In this document: one piece after another, positions 41,136-51,074 of the stretch
Position numbering within the stretch: the stretch's first letter is position 1
How the letters are laid out: each line of letters starts with the position of its first letter
Source: Cyanobacteriota bacterium
GTDB taxonomy: Bacteria; Cyanobacteriota; Cyanobacteriia; Thermostichales; Thermostichaceae
DNA length: 64,000 bases
Direction of reading: 5' to 3'
NCBI GenBank assembly: GCA_033764955.1
Contig: JANRIL010000038.1
Location: 64,001 to 128,000, forward strand
The notes under the pieces: generated by a model
Database searches by the model: none
What the model was told of the DNA's origin: nothing
What the model saw: the letters and a program-made list of their open reading frames with translations, nothing else
Position numbers and translations under genes: made by a program

Positions 41136-41813
41136 CTAATACAAGAGGACCCGCCGCAGAATCACCGCCAGCAAAGCCACCCCCACAGTTACCAGCAATT
41201 GCCCCGGCAGCAGATAACCGGAGTAGTTTTGCACCAATTCCAGCAAGTTGGCATCCCAGGGTTGGCTGGCGAGTAGATAGGTCAGCCCCGTCACATGAAT
41301 CGAGAGCAGCCCCGCCAAGCCCGCCACCATCATCTCGATCAGACTCTTGGGGCGGAGGGATCCCCGATTGGGCGAGGGGTTACGCGGATCCCGTTGCCTG
41401 TGGGGGGGGAAGGGAGAACTGGCGGAAGTCCGACTAACTGAGGCAGGCAGGGATGAGGCGGCGGAAGGACGGAAGGCAATCGTGCCACAGATCCAGGCTG
41501 CCGGTAAGAACCCCACCAAATAGCCCAAGCTAGGACGGTAGAGGTAATCAAGTCCCCCCCCTTCACTAAAGATTTGTCGTCCCACCAGCAACCCCAAGCC
41601 CAAATAGATGACCTGGGCATAAACCCCCGCCGTTGGGCCTGCTAAAGTTGCCGTCAGGAGAACGCCAGCAATTTGCAAAGAAAAGTGATACCCACCAATC
41701 CAAGGAACCGTACTGGGGATAGCTACCTGCAAGAGCGTTCCTACCACCGTCAAAATCACCCCAATGGCTGTCCAGATAATGTCGAGGGGCGATAACAAAA
41801 ATACAAATTTCAT
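41136..41813 (-). CDS. bioY: Biotin transporter BioY
   Basis: SLQIAGVLL, YL.LGL...IFSEGGG..Y..PSLGYLVGF. Confidence 0.85.
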   Translation of the reverse strand: MKFVFLLSPLDIIWTAIGVILTVVGTLLQVAIPSTVPWIGGYHFSLQIAGVLLTATLAGPTAGVYAQVIYLGLGLLVGRQIFSEGGGLDYLYRPSLGYLVGFLPAAWICGTIAFRPSAASSLPASVSRTSASSPFPPHRQRDPRNPSPNRGSLRPKSLIEMMVAGLAGLLSIHVTGLTYLLASQPWDANLLELVQNYSGYLLPGQLLVTVGVALLAVILRRVLLY

Positions 41814-41837
41814 GGGGTAAGCAAGACATCTATTTCT

Positions 41838-42761
41838 ATGCTAGGGGGTGTCTGTCCTAACCAGAATTTTCTGGATGGTTTATGGGGATCCGTCAGGGGA
41901 GTTGCTACTCTTAAACCTGGTCTGTCTCGGTGTGTCACTTTGACTGCTTCCTCTTTTGACCCCAGTGGGTTGGATGCCCAGTTAATTCCCCTAGCCCTGG
42001 ATCTGGCGGATGCGGCTGGCGAGGTGATCCGCCCCTTGTTTCGAGGGGAGCTGCACGCGGAATATAAACCCGCCGCGTCTCCGATTGTGACGATTGCCGA
42101 CCGCCAAGCCGAACAACGGATGCGGCAGATCTTGAGTGAGCGAGTGCCGCACCATGGAGTGATTGGGGAGGAATTTGGCCGAAAGGAGGCGGATAGCCCC
42201 TATACCTGGGTGTTGGATCCGCTGGATGGGACGATTGGGTTTTCTACGGGCAAGCCTTTGTTTGGCACTTTGATTGCGCTGCTGCTGGAGGATCAGCCCA
42301 TTTTGGGCATCATCGATCAACCGATTTGGCGGGAGCGCTGGCTAGGGATCCGTGGGCGGGTCACCACCTATAACGGTCAGCCCGTTCAGAGCAAAGCTAA
42401 CCGGGATCTGAGGAAAGCTTATCTGAGTACCACCTCCCCCGATCTATTTGCCACCCCTGACCAGAAAAGATACCTACATCAATTACGGCAGGTGGTGTCT
42501 GTAACGTCGTTTGGGGGGGATTGTTATCAATATGGCTTGTTGGCGCTGGGCTGCCTGGATGTGATCCTGGAGCGCTCCCTGGCTCTCTATGATTTTGCCG
42601 CCCTGATTCCCGTGATTGAGGGGGCGGGGGGGGTGATCACCGACTGGCAGGGATCCCCGCTTCACCAGGGATCTCCTGGGGAGGTGCTGGCAACGGCCAA
42701 CCCGCAACTGCACCAACAAGTTTTGCAGCTATGGTCTGCCAGCCCTGTGGAGGAGATTTAA
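41838..42761 (+). CDS. hisN: Histidinol-phosphatase (IMPase family)
   Basis: IVTIADRQAE, GEEFG, WVLDPLDGT, PLFGTLIAL, GGDCY, YDFAALIP; true start likely nearer 41940. Confidence 0.88.
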   Translation: MLGGVCPNQNFLDGLWGSVRGVATLKPGLSRCVTLTASSFDPSGLDAQLIPLALDLADAAGEVIRPLFRGELHAEYKPAASPIVTIADRQAEQRMRQILSERVPHHGVIGEEFGRKEADSPYTWVLDPLDGTIGFSTGKPLFGTLIALLLEDQPILGIIDQPIWRERWLGIRGRVTTYNGQPVQSKANRDLRKAYLSTTSPDLFATPDQKRYLHQLRQVVSVTSFGGDCYQYGLLALGCLDVILERSLALYDFAALIPVIEGAGGVITDWQGSPLHQGSPGEVLATANPQLHQQVLQLWSASPVEEI

Positions 42762-43753
42762 TGATCGAGGCTGAGGCCATACCAGAAATCAGCCAAGGGG
42801 TTCAACCGGAATGGGGGATGGGCATGGAGTGGGGTTGGGGGAGTGGGGGAAAGGGTTGGTGGGCAGGGATCCCGATTTTGTGGGGAATCCTGCTGCTGTT
42901 GGTGGTGCTGGCGGGTTGTGGGAGTTGGGAGAAAAGCCGCGTGGTGACAGTGGTAGACCCGCAACCGGATGCTGGAGTCGGAGAACGGGGGTTTGATATC
43001 GAGGTGCGGTTTGGGGATGACAGTTTTACGCTGGCTCAGCAGGCAGCCTTTGAACGAGCGGCTAGTCGCTGGATGACCATCATGACCAGTGATCTGTCCA
43101 ATATTGCCCTCTCCCTGCCCAGTCATGCCTGTTTGCAGGGGCTGCCGGCGGTAAATCAGGCGGTTGATGATTTGCTGATCGATGTGTTGGGGGTAGTGAT
43201 CGATGGCCGAGCCGGAGTGCTGGGGGCGGCCAGTCCTTGTGTTTTGCGCCGTTCGAATCAGTTGCCCGTCTATGGATTTATTCAGTTTGACATCGAGGAT
43301 GTCGTGCTGCTGGAGGAGCGGGGGCAGCTAGAAACGGTGATTGTACATGAGATGGGTCATGTGTTGGGGTTTGGCACCCTCTGGCCTCGCTTGGGGCTGG
43401 CGGTGGGGGTGGGGGGCGAGGATCCCCGGTTTGCTGGGGCACAGGCCAACCTGCAATATGGAGCGCTGGGGGGTATGGGCAGCGTGCCGATTGAAGATCA
43501 AGGTGGTTCTGGTACGGCGGATGTGCATTGGCGAGAAAGTGTTTTTGACACGGAGTTGATGACGGGATCCCTGAATGGTGGTTTGACCAACCCCCTCAGC
43601 CGACTCACCCTGGGCAGCCTACTGGATATGGGCTATCAGGTGAATTTTGCCCAGGCGGATCCCTATCAATTGCCGGAGACTGGAGCAAGGCGGCGAGCCG
43701 GAATGCCCTTACAAGAACAACTTCTACCCGTAGTGATGCAGTGGGTCGATTGA
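42761..43753 (+). CDS. Leishmanolysin-related (M8-like) Zn metalloendopeptidase, lipoprotein
   Basis: LAGC lipobox, HEMGHVLGFG, distal HW, ELMTG Met-turn; TAATG coupling to hisN. Confidence 0.85.
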   Translation: MIEAEAIPEISQGVQPEWGMGMEWGWGSGGKGWWAGIPILWGILLLLVVLAGCGSWEKSRVVTVVDPQPDAGVGERGFDIEVRFGDDSFTLAQQAAFERAASRWMTIMTSDLSNIALSLPSHACLQGLPAVNQAVDDLLIDVLGVVIDGRAGVLGAASPCVLRRSNQLPVYGFIQFDIEDVVLLEERGQLETVIVHEMGHVLGFGTLWPRLGLAVGVGGEDPRFAGAQANLQYGALGGMGSVPIEDQGGSGTADVHWRESVFDTELMTGSLNGGLTNPLSRLTLGSLLDMGYQVNFAQADPYQLPETGARRRAGMPLQEQLLPVVMQWVD

Positions 43754-43779
43754 GCCGTCGGTCAACTGAGTAGGCAGGG

Positions 43780-45240
43780 CTAAAACGCAGGGATATCGGC
43801 AAATTGGGGATCCCGGACGGCGTGGGCGGCTTCTCCACAGGTGCGGGGGCTGGGGAAAATTTTGCCGGGATTGGCGATAACTTGTGGATCAAAAACCTGT
43901 CTGACCCATTGCATGGTTTCGAGATCCGGTTCGGAAAACATCTCTGGCATATAGCAGCGTTTGTCGGAGCCGATGCCATGCTCCCCTGAAATACTGCCTC
44001 CCATCTGCACACACAGTTTGAGAATTTCTCCCCCCAACGCTTCCACCTGTTCCAGAGCGCCAGGGATACGGTTGTCATAGAGAATGAGGGGATGCAGGTT
44101 GCCATCTCCGGCATGAAAGACATTGGCAACGGGATAGCCATAGGTCTGACTGAGACGGGCGATCTCGCTCAAAACCGTGGGGAGTTGGCTGCGGGGAATC
44201 ACGCCATCCTGCACATAATAATTGGGGCTGAGTTTGCCCATTGCCGCAAAAGCCGCCTTGCGTCCCTTCCACATGCGGAGGCGTGCCTGGGGATCGCTAG
44301 CCACCTGCACCTGTCTGGCTCCGTTCTCCAGGCAAATGGATCGAATCCGTGCCCCTGCTTCCGCCACATCCTTAGGTAAGCCGTCAATCTCAATCAACAA
44401 AATGGCTGCTGCATCACGGGGATAGCACCCTGTTGCCACCACATCCTCCACCGCATTGATGCTGAAGGTATCCATAATTTCCATACCCGCAGGCAGAATA
44501 CCCGCCGCAATAATGTCAGAGACGGTGGATCCCGCCGCTTCCACCTGCGGAAAGTCGGCCAATAGCACGTGGATCTGAGCAGGCGCTTTGAGAATTTTGA
44601 GGGTGATTTCGGTGGCAATCCCCAGGGTGCCTTCGGATCCCACAAACAATCCGGTCAGGTCATACCCCGGCATCTCCGGCAGGGATCCCCCCAAGTCCAC
44701 CACGTCCCCCGTGGGTAAAACCACCTTTACCCCCAAGACATGGTTGGTGGTCACCCCATACTTCAGGCAATGCACCCCCCCCGAATTTTCGGCGACATTG
44801 CCGCCAATCGAGCAGACACTCTGGCTAGAGGGATCCGGCGCATAGTAATAGCCCATGCCACTTACCGCCTGGGTCACCCAGGTATTGATCACCCCTGGCT
44901 GTACCACCACCTGCCGATTGGCTAAATCCACCTGCAAAATCTGGTTCATCAAGGTCGTAGCAATCACCACCCCCCGCTCCACAGGTAACGCCCCCCCTGA
45001 CAAGCCCGTGCCAGATCCCCTAGCCACAAAAGGTACCTGTTGTTGGTGACAAACCTGGATCACCGCTGCGACTTCCGCCGTGGATCGGGGCAACACCACA
45101 ACGGCAGGCATTTGGCGATAGCTGGTCAAGCCATCACACTCATACACCAGCAACTCCTCCGGTCGCCAGATCACCCGCTGGGATCCCAGGATCCCCACCA
45201 GTTCTGCCACCAATGGGGAAGGAGTCATTCCTGTTGCCAT
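43780..45240 (-). CDS. glcD: Glycolate dehydrogenase/oxidase subunit GlcD
   Basis: RGSGTGLSGGA, APDPSS, GGVHCLKYG, GSEGTLG, HAGDGNLHP, GEHGIG. Confidence 0.93.
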   Translation of the reverse strand: MATGMTPSPLVAELVGILGSQRVIWRPEELLVYECDGLTSYRQMPAVVVLPRSTAEVAAVIQVCHQQQVPFVARGSGTGLSGGALPVERGVVIATTLMNQILQVDLANRQVVVQPGVINTWVTQAVSGMGYYYAPDPSSQSVCSIGGNVAENSGGVHCLKYGVTTNHVLGVKVVLPTGDVVDLGGSLPEMPGYDLTGLFVGSEGTLGIATEITLKILKAPAQIHVLLADFPQVEAAGSTVSDIIAAGILPAGMEIMDTFSINAVEDVVATGCYPRDAAAILLIEIDGLPKDVAEAGARIRSICLENGARQVQVASDPQARLRMWKGRKAAFAAMGKLSPNYYVQDGVIPRSQLPTVLSEIARLSQTYGYPVANVFHAGDGNLHPLILYDNRIPGALEQVEALGGEILKLCVQMGGSISGEHGIGSDKRCYMPEMFSEPDLETMQWVRQVFDPQVIANPGKIFPSPRTCGEAAHAVRDPQFADIPAF

Positions 45241-45823
45241 GCCTTTGCCCTCGTGCCAACTGTACCCATCCCTGCTCCCTCTATTCGGGGAGGCTTTGAT
45301 CCTATCAATCCCTGGTTAGGCGGTAAACTGAGGGTGAGGCTAGGTTATCAAAGAACTGGATATAGCAACCTATCGTGAATGGTAAACAGCCCTTACTCCC
45401 ATCCCCCTCCCAGGGCGAGAGAGGAGAGCTAAGAAATCTCCTGTATCGTTCCTGATTGCTATAGTCCTGATGGGATCCAAGCTGACATCACCCACAATAA
45501 TCCCCATCCTTCTGATGGACTTCCTGAATTTATTAGCCAATATGGCAAAGACTATGTAGTAACAACAGATTCTGGATCCCTTTATCGAGTCAATCCTGCG
45601 GGAGTAGTTACCCGAATTTTGGATGGAGAACGTAGCGGCTAACTGCTTGCCTCCTACACCGAAGCCAACCCCCACCCCTGAGAGTTTCCCCCCTAATCTC
45701 AGAGATCCATTCTCCTTAGAGCAACATCTGCTATCTCACGTTGACAAGCTGGCAAGGCAACTTCTTGAGATTCCTCTGCTTTGTAGGTGCTCGCTCCTCC
45801 CTCCAATCAAAGAGCAACAGAAC

Positions 45824-46354
45824 CTAGAGACGGAGGGATCCGTTGTAGAGCACCGTTGTGCGGAAGCTGCCTTTATCAACACGGATTTCGCTCTCAATAG
45901 TGGGTTCCACAAACCCTGGGGATCCCCCGCGAAAGGTGAAGACCCAATGGGTTCCTTGATCCACAAACGGGGCATCGGCGGTGGCTCCATACATGGCAGC
46001 TTCGGCTCGATAATTTTGCAAGCCCCCATTGGCAAGTTCTGCGGCCTGACGGGCTAAATTCTTGGCTCGATTCAGTTCCCAAAAACTCGTGCTGATTTCC
46101 TCAAACGTGCCCCCTGGCAGAGGACTGGGAGAAAGAATGGGCAGAGGTTCGGGAGGGGTGATGGTGGGTGGCGGGGTGGTGGGTGGCGGGGAAACCGGAA
46201 AGAGAGGAGCCACCGATTGAGCCTGAGCTAGGGGGAAAGGCGGGATCCCGGCGATAAGGATCACACTGACCTGGAGGCAGCGGGAGAGGACTCTACTCCA
46301 GCCCATTGAGGGACTCCCCATGCTTCTCCGTTGAGACAGATTCACCATAGACAA
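45824..46354 (-). CDS. Conserved cyanobacterial secreted hypothetical protein
   Basis: Signal peptide, Pro-rich linker, LNRAKNLARQAAE.ANGGL..YRAE..M. Confidence 0.78.
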   Translation of the reverse strand: MSMVNLSQRRSMGSPSMGWSRVLSRCLQVSVILIAGIPPFPLAQAQSVAPLFPVSPPPTTPPPTITPPEPLPILSPSPLPGGTFEEISTSFWELNRAKNLARQAAELANGGLQNYRAEAAMYGATADAPFVDQGTHWVFTFRGGSPGFVEPTIESEIRVDKGSFRTTVLYNGSLRL

Positions 46355-46489
46355 TTATTAACTCATTCATCCAATCATTCAGGCTACTCTTTGCAGAGAG
46401 ACACCGACAAGGACTGGGATCCCAATGGTTTTTGAGTTTAGCGGTAGTATCAAAACGATTACCTCACCTTCCCCCTACCCTCCCATCTC

Positions 46490-48184
46490 ATGAAATCTCT
46501 CTGCTGGCGATGGATCCATGGATGTCTCTTGCTATCAGGGATCCCCCTTTGGGCGGCCTGTCAGTCCATCCCCCCTAACCTTGCTCAATCTCCGGTTCCT
46601 GCCGTGCTTCAGCCACAGCCCTTGAACCAGAGCCAAAGCTGGTATGAAGGCAATCCCTCCAGCTTTGACTCAACCGATGCGGCTATTGCTTTTGCCATCG
46701 CAGTTCTGCGGGATCCCCCCAATCAGATTGCCAATCCGACAGTGGCTCAGATCACGACGGAAGTGGAGAGTCGCTTTGGCTTGCGTCTCACCTCGCAAGA
46801 GATTAACTCCAGCCAGGGGTTTGTTGTGGCCGCCAGTGACTTTGATGGAGATGGAACCGAGGGAACTTCCCTGGATGCGGCGGTTGCTTTTGCCATTGCC
46901 GTTTTGCGGGAGCCTCCCAATAGCCTGGATAATCCAACCCCTAGCCAAGTAGAGGCGGAGGTGTTGGCTCGGTTCGGGTTGGAGATAGAGATTTCCGGAA
47001 CTATACCTGACTTAGATACCAGTGATTCAGCAGAGGCTGTCAGTTTAGCTAGCGGATCTATCCACAGCCGTCGCCTGATCAGGGGATTAGATAATCCTCT
47101 GTTTGTTACTAGTCCCCCCGATGATTTTCAGCATCTATTTATTCTTGAACAAAAAACAGGGCGTATCCGCATCTGGAATTTGACCAGAAGACGCCCTTTG
47201 TCAACATTTTTGACGATTCCTGCCTCGGAACTGCTCTCGGAGGGCTATGAACAGGGGCTATTGGGTCTGGCCTTTCACCCGCAGTTTGCCAGCAACCGTC
47301 GCTTTTTTGTCAGTTATACCGCTCGGGGAGGAGGGAATGCGGGGCAGACCAAGGTAGTGGAATATCAAGCCACCTCAGATACCACCGCCAACCCCAATCC
47401 CGTTCGTACACTCTTGAGTATTCCCCAACCAGCTCAAAACCATAATGGGGGTTGGCTAGATTTTGGCTCCGATGGTTATTTGTATTGGGCTTCAGGAGAT
47501 GGGGGCGGTTCGGGCTTTTTACCAGGGATCCCCAGTTCCGCCGATAATTCCCAAGATATTACGGACAACCTGTTAGGGAAGATCCTGCGTCTGGACGTGG
47601 AGGGAGATGATTTTCCGGCGGATAACAGTCGTAACTACCGGATCCCGCCGAGCAATCCTTTTGTTGGTATCACCGGAGACGATGAGATTTGGGCCTATGG
47701 CTTACGCAATCCTTGGCGCAACAGCTTTGATCGGCTCACCGGAGATCTTTACATTGCAGATGTGGGTCAAGACAGTCGGGAAGAAGTGAACGTACAACCT
47801 GCCAGCAGCAGTGGCGGGGAAAACTATGGCTGGAATATCCGCGAGGGCACTTTAGTTATCGATCCAGACGACAATCCCCCCAATTTGGTGGATCCCGTCT
47901 ATGAATATGATCACAGCGTTGGGCAATCGATCACGGGCGGCTATGTCTATCGGGGATTCAATACGCTTTGGCAGGGAACTTATTTCTTTGCGGACTTTAG
48001 CTCCGGTCGCATCTGGTCGTTGCGCTATGAGGGAGGATTGGTCAGTTCGGTGACGGAGCGCACCCAAGAACTAGTCCCTAATCGTGGATCCATTGACCAG
48101 ATTGCCTCCTTTGGGGAGGATGCCGCCGGAAATCTCTATATCGTCGATCTTGACGGGGAAGTTTTTCGCCTGGAATTTCCTTAG
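46490..48184 (+). CDS. PQQ-dependent sugar dehydrogenase (GSDH beta-propeller), lipoprotein with duplicated N-terminal module
   Basis: EQGLLGLAFHP, NHNGG, GDGG, YGLRNPWR, DVGQ..REEVN, SITGGYVYRG, SFGEDAAG. Confidence 0.9.
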   Translation: MKSLCWRWIHGCLLLSGIPLWAACQSIPPNLAQSPVPAVLQPQPLNQSQSWYEGNPSSFDSTDAAIAFAIAVLRDPPNQIANPTVAQITTEVESRFGLRLTSQEINSSQGFVVAASDFDGDGTEGTSLDAAVAFAIAVLREPPNSLDNPTPSQVEAEVLARFGLEIEISGTIPDLDTSDSAEAVSLASGSIHSRRLIRGLDNPLFVTSPPDDFQHLFILEQKTGRIRIWNLTRRRPLSTFLTIPASELLSEGYEQGLLGLAFHPQFASNRRFFVSYTARGGGNAGQTKVVEYQATSDTTANPNPVRTLLSIPQPAQNHNGGWLDFGSDGYLYWASGDGGGSGFLPGIPSSADNSQDITDNLLGKILRLDVEGDDFPADNSRNYRIPPSNPFVGITGDDEIWAYGLRNPWRNSFDRLTGDLYIADVGQDSREEVNVQPASSSGGENYGWNIREGTLVIDPDDNPPNLVDPVYEYDHSVGQSITGGYVYRGFNTLWQGTYFFADFSSGRIWSLRYEGGLVSSVTERTQELVPNRGSIDQIASFGEDAAGNLYIVDLDGEVFRLEFP

Positions 48185-48254
48185 CCTTGGCGGATGTTCA
48201 GCGAATGCCAACCCACTTTTCTCCAACGTCGAGAAAAAACTTCCGGCTCCCCCG

Positions 48255-48283
48255 TTGACAGGGTTGGGAGCAGGGGATATATT
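48255..48283 (+). promoter_or_regulatory. Sigma70-type promoter of Yfr2
   Basis: TTGACA (48255-60) - 17 nt - TATATT (48278-83). Confidence 0.8.
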
Positions 48284-48288
48284 CATTT

Positions 48289-48353
48289 ACGGTGAGGAGT
48301 GAAGAGAAGAAGCCTTTGGGGTCGAAACACGGAAAGACGCCCAAAGGCTTTTT
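48289..48353 (+). ncRNA. yfr2: Yfr2-family cyanobacterial sRNA
   Basis: 5' GTGAGGAGTGA motif; hairpin AAGCCTTTGGG-GTC[GAAACACGGAAA]GAC-G-CCCAAAGGCTT followed by U-run. Confidence 0.85.
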
Positions 48354-48392
48354 CATTGGAAGCTTTATCTGTGGACAGGAATTTTACAAATA

Positions 48393-50015
48393 CTAATCTT
48401 GGCTAGATGGGGGAGAAGCCTGAGGGCTAGGAAAAGCTAGGGGAGAAGGGATCCCTAACACACTCTTGGCCTCTAGCGGAATCACCTGCATCTTGCCGCT
48501 GACGGACTCGTTTCGTCCTACCCGTTCCTGTAAGATCTGCCGCAACTCAGGGGTTTGGCTCACATCCACCGCAGATTGGTTCCAGGCAAACCCCATCAAA
48601 CGCGGCCACCGTCCGGCCAGAATATCGGTGAGAACGGCATCTACCCCGCCTGTTTCTGTGCTTGTCCACCCTTCTCCCTGCCAACCTAAGCTCAGCAAGA
48701 GGATAGGGGATCCTGGATTCAAAGCAGTCAGAGATTGATAAGCCTTCTCTACGGCTTCCGACCAGGCGGTCAGGGATCCCGACGTTGGATTGACTTGCAA
48801 TCCTAACCAGTCAAACCAGCCTTCCCCTGGAAAATCTTGACCATTTCCCCCATAAATCCAGAGGAGGTTCGGTACCGATTGCTGACGGACGGTTTGGATA
48901 ATCCGTCGATAGACTGCCTCGCCCACTTCCGCCGCGGGGGATCCCAGCACGACCATGACAGGACTAGCAAAGCTCTGGATGGACTCCGCCCAACGCTGCC
49001 ACTCCCGATCCTGAAAACCGGATTGGATCTGCTCTAGCATCTCCGGCTGGTCAGTGGGTAGCTCAATCTGAAGACAGGGTACGGATCCCGCCTCGCGGAT
49101 CCATACGGCAGCTTGAACAGGAAAAGCCGAAGACAAGTGCCACTTTTGGGTCAATCCCACCCAAGCCACGGGTTTGCCCACCGCTTGCTCATAGGCTTGC
49201 CGTTGCTCGGGGGCATTGGCTCTTTCCGTGAGGGTTGCCAAATCAACCCCGTGATAAATCTGATTGTTGGCAGGTGTGGTGGCTTTGGCTGGGGCATCCT
49301 TGGCCAGAGGGGGGGCTTCTTGAGGAATTGGGGAGGTCAGCAGCAGATCCAGACGCAGATAACGGGGGGAAAAATCCGCCCGGTCAAAGGTCAGAGAAAA
49401 GCTACGGGCTGCCGATTTGCCCTGGATGATATCTTTGGGCTGAAAGTCCTGATGGATAGGGATCCCAGTCGCAGCCTGGATTTGGCTAGGCTTGACAGCC
49501 TCATCCTGCAAAATAGCCTGCTGGAGGGTGAGGCGCAGACCATCACCGGGCGCTATCAACAATTTGGTGGTATCCAGTTGAAAGGCGATGGAGAGATCCA
49601 CCTTGCCGACCGGGTTGCCATCGGGAATTTGGGTGCGGAGCCGGAGGCTGAGATCATCACTGGCATAAACTTCCGAGTTGCTGGGGGCAGGACTGGCGAC
49701 TCCCCCACAAGTGAGGCAAGGAGCAATGCTGCTGGCATAAACAATCACATCAGCGCTAGCGGCAGTTTGCAGTTGTTCGGGATCCAGAACAAAGCTGGCC
49801 TGTAGAATTTTGGTGGGGGAGCGTTTACCGTCATCGAGATCCGCAAATTTTTGTCCGGCTGGCGTGGCGGTGCGGGTTCCGGCGGAATTGCTGTTGCTGA
49901 TCGGGTTGGTGGTCAGTCCGGTATCGCTACCACAAGCCACCAACAGCAGAACAACCGTCAGTATCCAGACCACAATCTGGGTATACCCCCGTCTCCAGGT
50001 ATTCATAAAGTTCAA
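48393..50015 (-). CDS. Lipoprotein with C-terminal GH26-like domain, apparently non-catalytic
   Basis: LVAC lipobox; YEQAVGKPVAWV, FP......I...GSVP, FPGEGWFDWLG, WPRLMGFAW. Confidence 0.7.
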   Translation of the reverse strand: MNFMNTWRRGYTQIVVWILTVVLLLVACGSDTGLTTNPISNSNSAGTRTATPAGQKFADLDDGKRSPTKILQASFVLDPEQLQTAASADVIVYASSIAPCLTCGGVASPAPSNSEVYASDDLSLRLRTQIPDGNPVGKVDLSIAFQLDTTKLLIAPGDGLRLTLQQAILQDEAVKPSQIQAATGIPIHQDFQPKDIIQGKSAARSFSLTFDRADFSPRYLRLDLLLTSPIPQEAPPLAKDAPAKATTPANNQIYHGVDLATLTERANAPEQRQAYEQAVGKPVAWVGLTQKWHLSSAFPVQAAVWIREAGSVPCLQIELPTDQPEMLEQIQSGFQDREWQRWAESIQSFASPVMVVLGSPAAEVGEAVYRRIIQTVRQQSVPNLLWIYGGNGQDFPGEGWFDWLGLQVNPTSGSLTAWSEAVEKAYQSLTALNPGSPILLLSLGWQGEGWTSTETGGVDAVLTDILAGRWPRLMGFAWNQSAVDVSQTPELRQILQERVGRNESVSGKMQVIPLEAKSVLGIPSPLAFPSPQASPPSSQD

Positions 50016-50080
50016 TCCCTAAAAAATCTGTTGAAGTACAGGGAAGGAGCAGGGCCACCCATGAGAAGTCGGGATCCCTT

Positions 50081-50926
50081 CTACCCTTGCACCTGGGTTA
50101 CTTCCTCCGGCTGAATCGTCAAGCTGCCATCGTAGAGAATTTGCCCTGGCTGCACTTCCAGACGGCGGATCGTGACATCGGGATCCAATTGGATAGGCAA
50201 GTTGCTCAAGCCCGGAATGGGGATGGGAGTGGATTGTCCCTCAGCGATCCAAGCAGGATCTACCAAAAGCAGTTGATTGCTATTTTGTGCCCTCAGTCCG
50301 GTGGTCAAGGTAATGGGCAGTTGGGATCCCTCAGGGGTTTTGAGTTGAGCCTGAATGCGAACCCGTCCCGACTCCAGAGTTACCTGAGGCTGGCTGATCA
50401 AAAAAGGCACCGCTTGCCCCCCAATGGGCAGGTTGACCTGAGCCTGAGCCAACTGCTGCTGAATCATCGGGGCTTGCAGCGTCCGGTTGAGGTCGGCTTC
50501 GGTCAGTTTCATGGCCACTTGCACGGGCACAGGCGCTAGCAGCCGCAGTTGCCCTTTGCCCTGCACGGCTTCCCCGACATTGAGGCGGATATTTTGGCCG
50601 TTTAACTGCAACTGACTAACCTGAAACCCCTGATAGCTGAGGTTATCGCCAGAAACATTGGCCTGCTGGATCGTGCCATTCAAAATGTCCGCATCGCTGC
50701 CGGTAATTTGCACATTCAAATTCTCCACACTTTCCACCTCTGAGCGAATCCAGGCGGACACCAGCGGACTCAAGAGGGAACCGGCAATTTGGGCAAAAGC
50801 AGGCCAGCTAAAGAACATAGTCGGCAAAGCAATCAAAACAGCCAAAGGAATCCTACCTGAGTGCCGCTGACGGGGCAAAGCAGGGGAGACGGGGCGGGGG
50901 CGGTGGGCGGGCAAAAATCGGAACAT
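50081..50926 (-). CDS. DUF2993/LmeA-like protein
   Basis: WIRSEVESVENL.V.I.GSD..IL.G.I; LTEADLN. Confidence 0.8.
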   Translation of the reverse strand: MFRFLPAHRPRPVSPALPRQRHSGRIPLAVLIALPTMFFSWPAFAQIAGSLLSPLVSAWIRSEVESVENLNVQITGSDADILNGTIQQANVSGDNLSYQGFQVSQLQLNGQNIRLNVGEAVQGKGQLRLLAPVPVQVAMKLTEADLNRTLQAPMIQQQLAQAQVNLPIGGQAVPFLISQPQVTLESGRVRIQAQLKTPEGSQLPITLTTGLRAQNSNQLLLVDPAWIAEGQSTPIPIPGLSNLPIQLDPDVTIRRLEVQPGQILYDGSLTIQPEEVTQVQG

Positions 50927-51074
50927 GGCGGAATCACCTCAGGGGCAGCAACGAGTATCTGGCCGAAGCTAAGACTAGCCTAGAGCATCGGGATCCTCTG
51001 GCAAAAGGCGGTTCGCCGCAACCTGACCAACCCTAAATGGGGAATTTTGGCTGTGGATTCGCTCGAAAAAGTTT

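Noticed and set aside
45370..46057. Track ORFs 45370-45675 (-) and 45623-46057 (+)
   Set aside because: No recognisable motifs; they appear to be shadows of frames on the opposite strand
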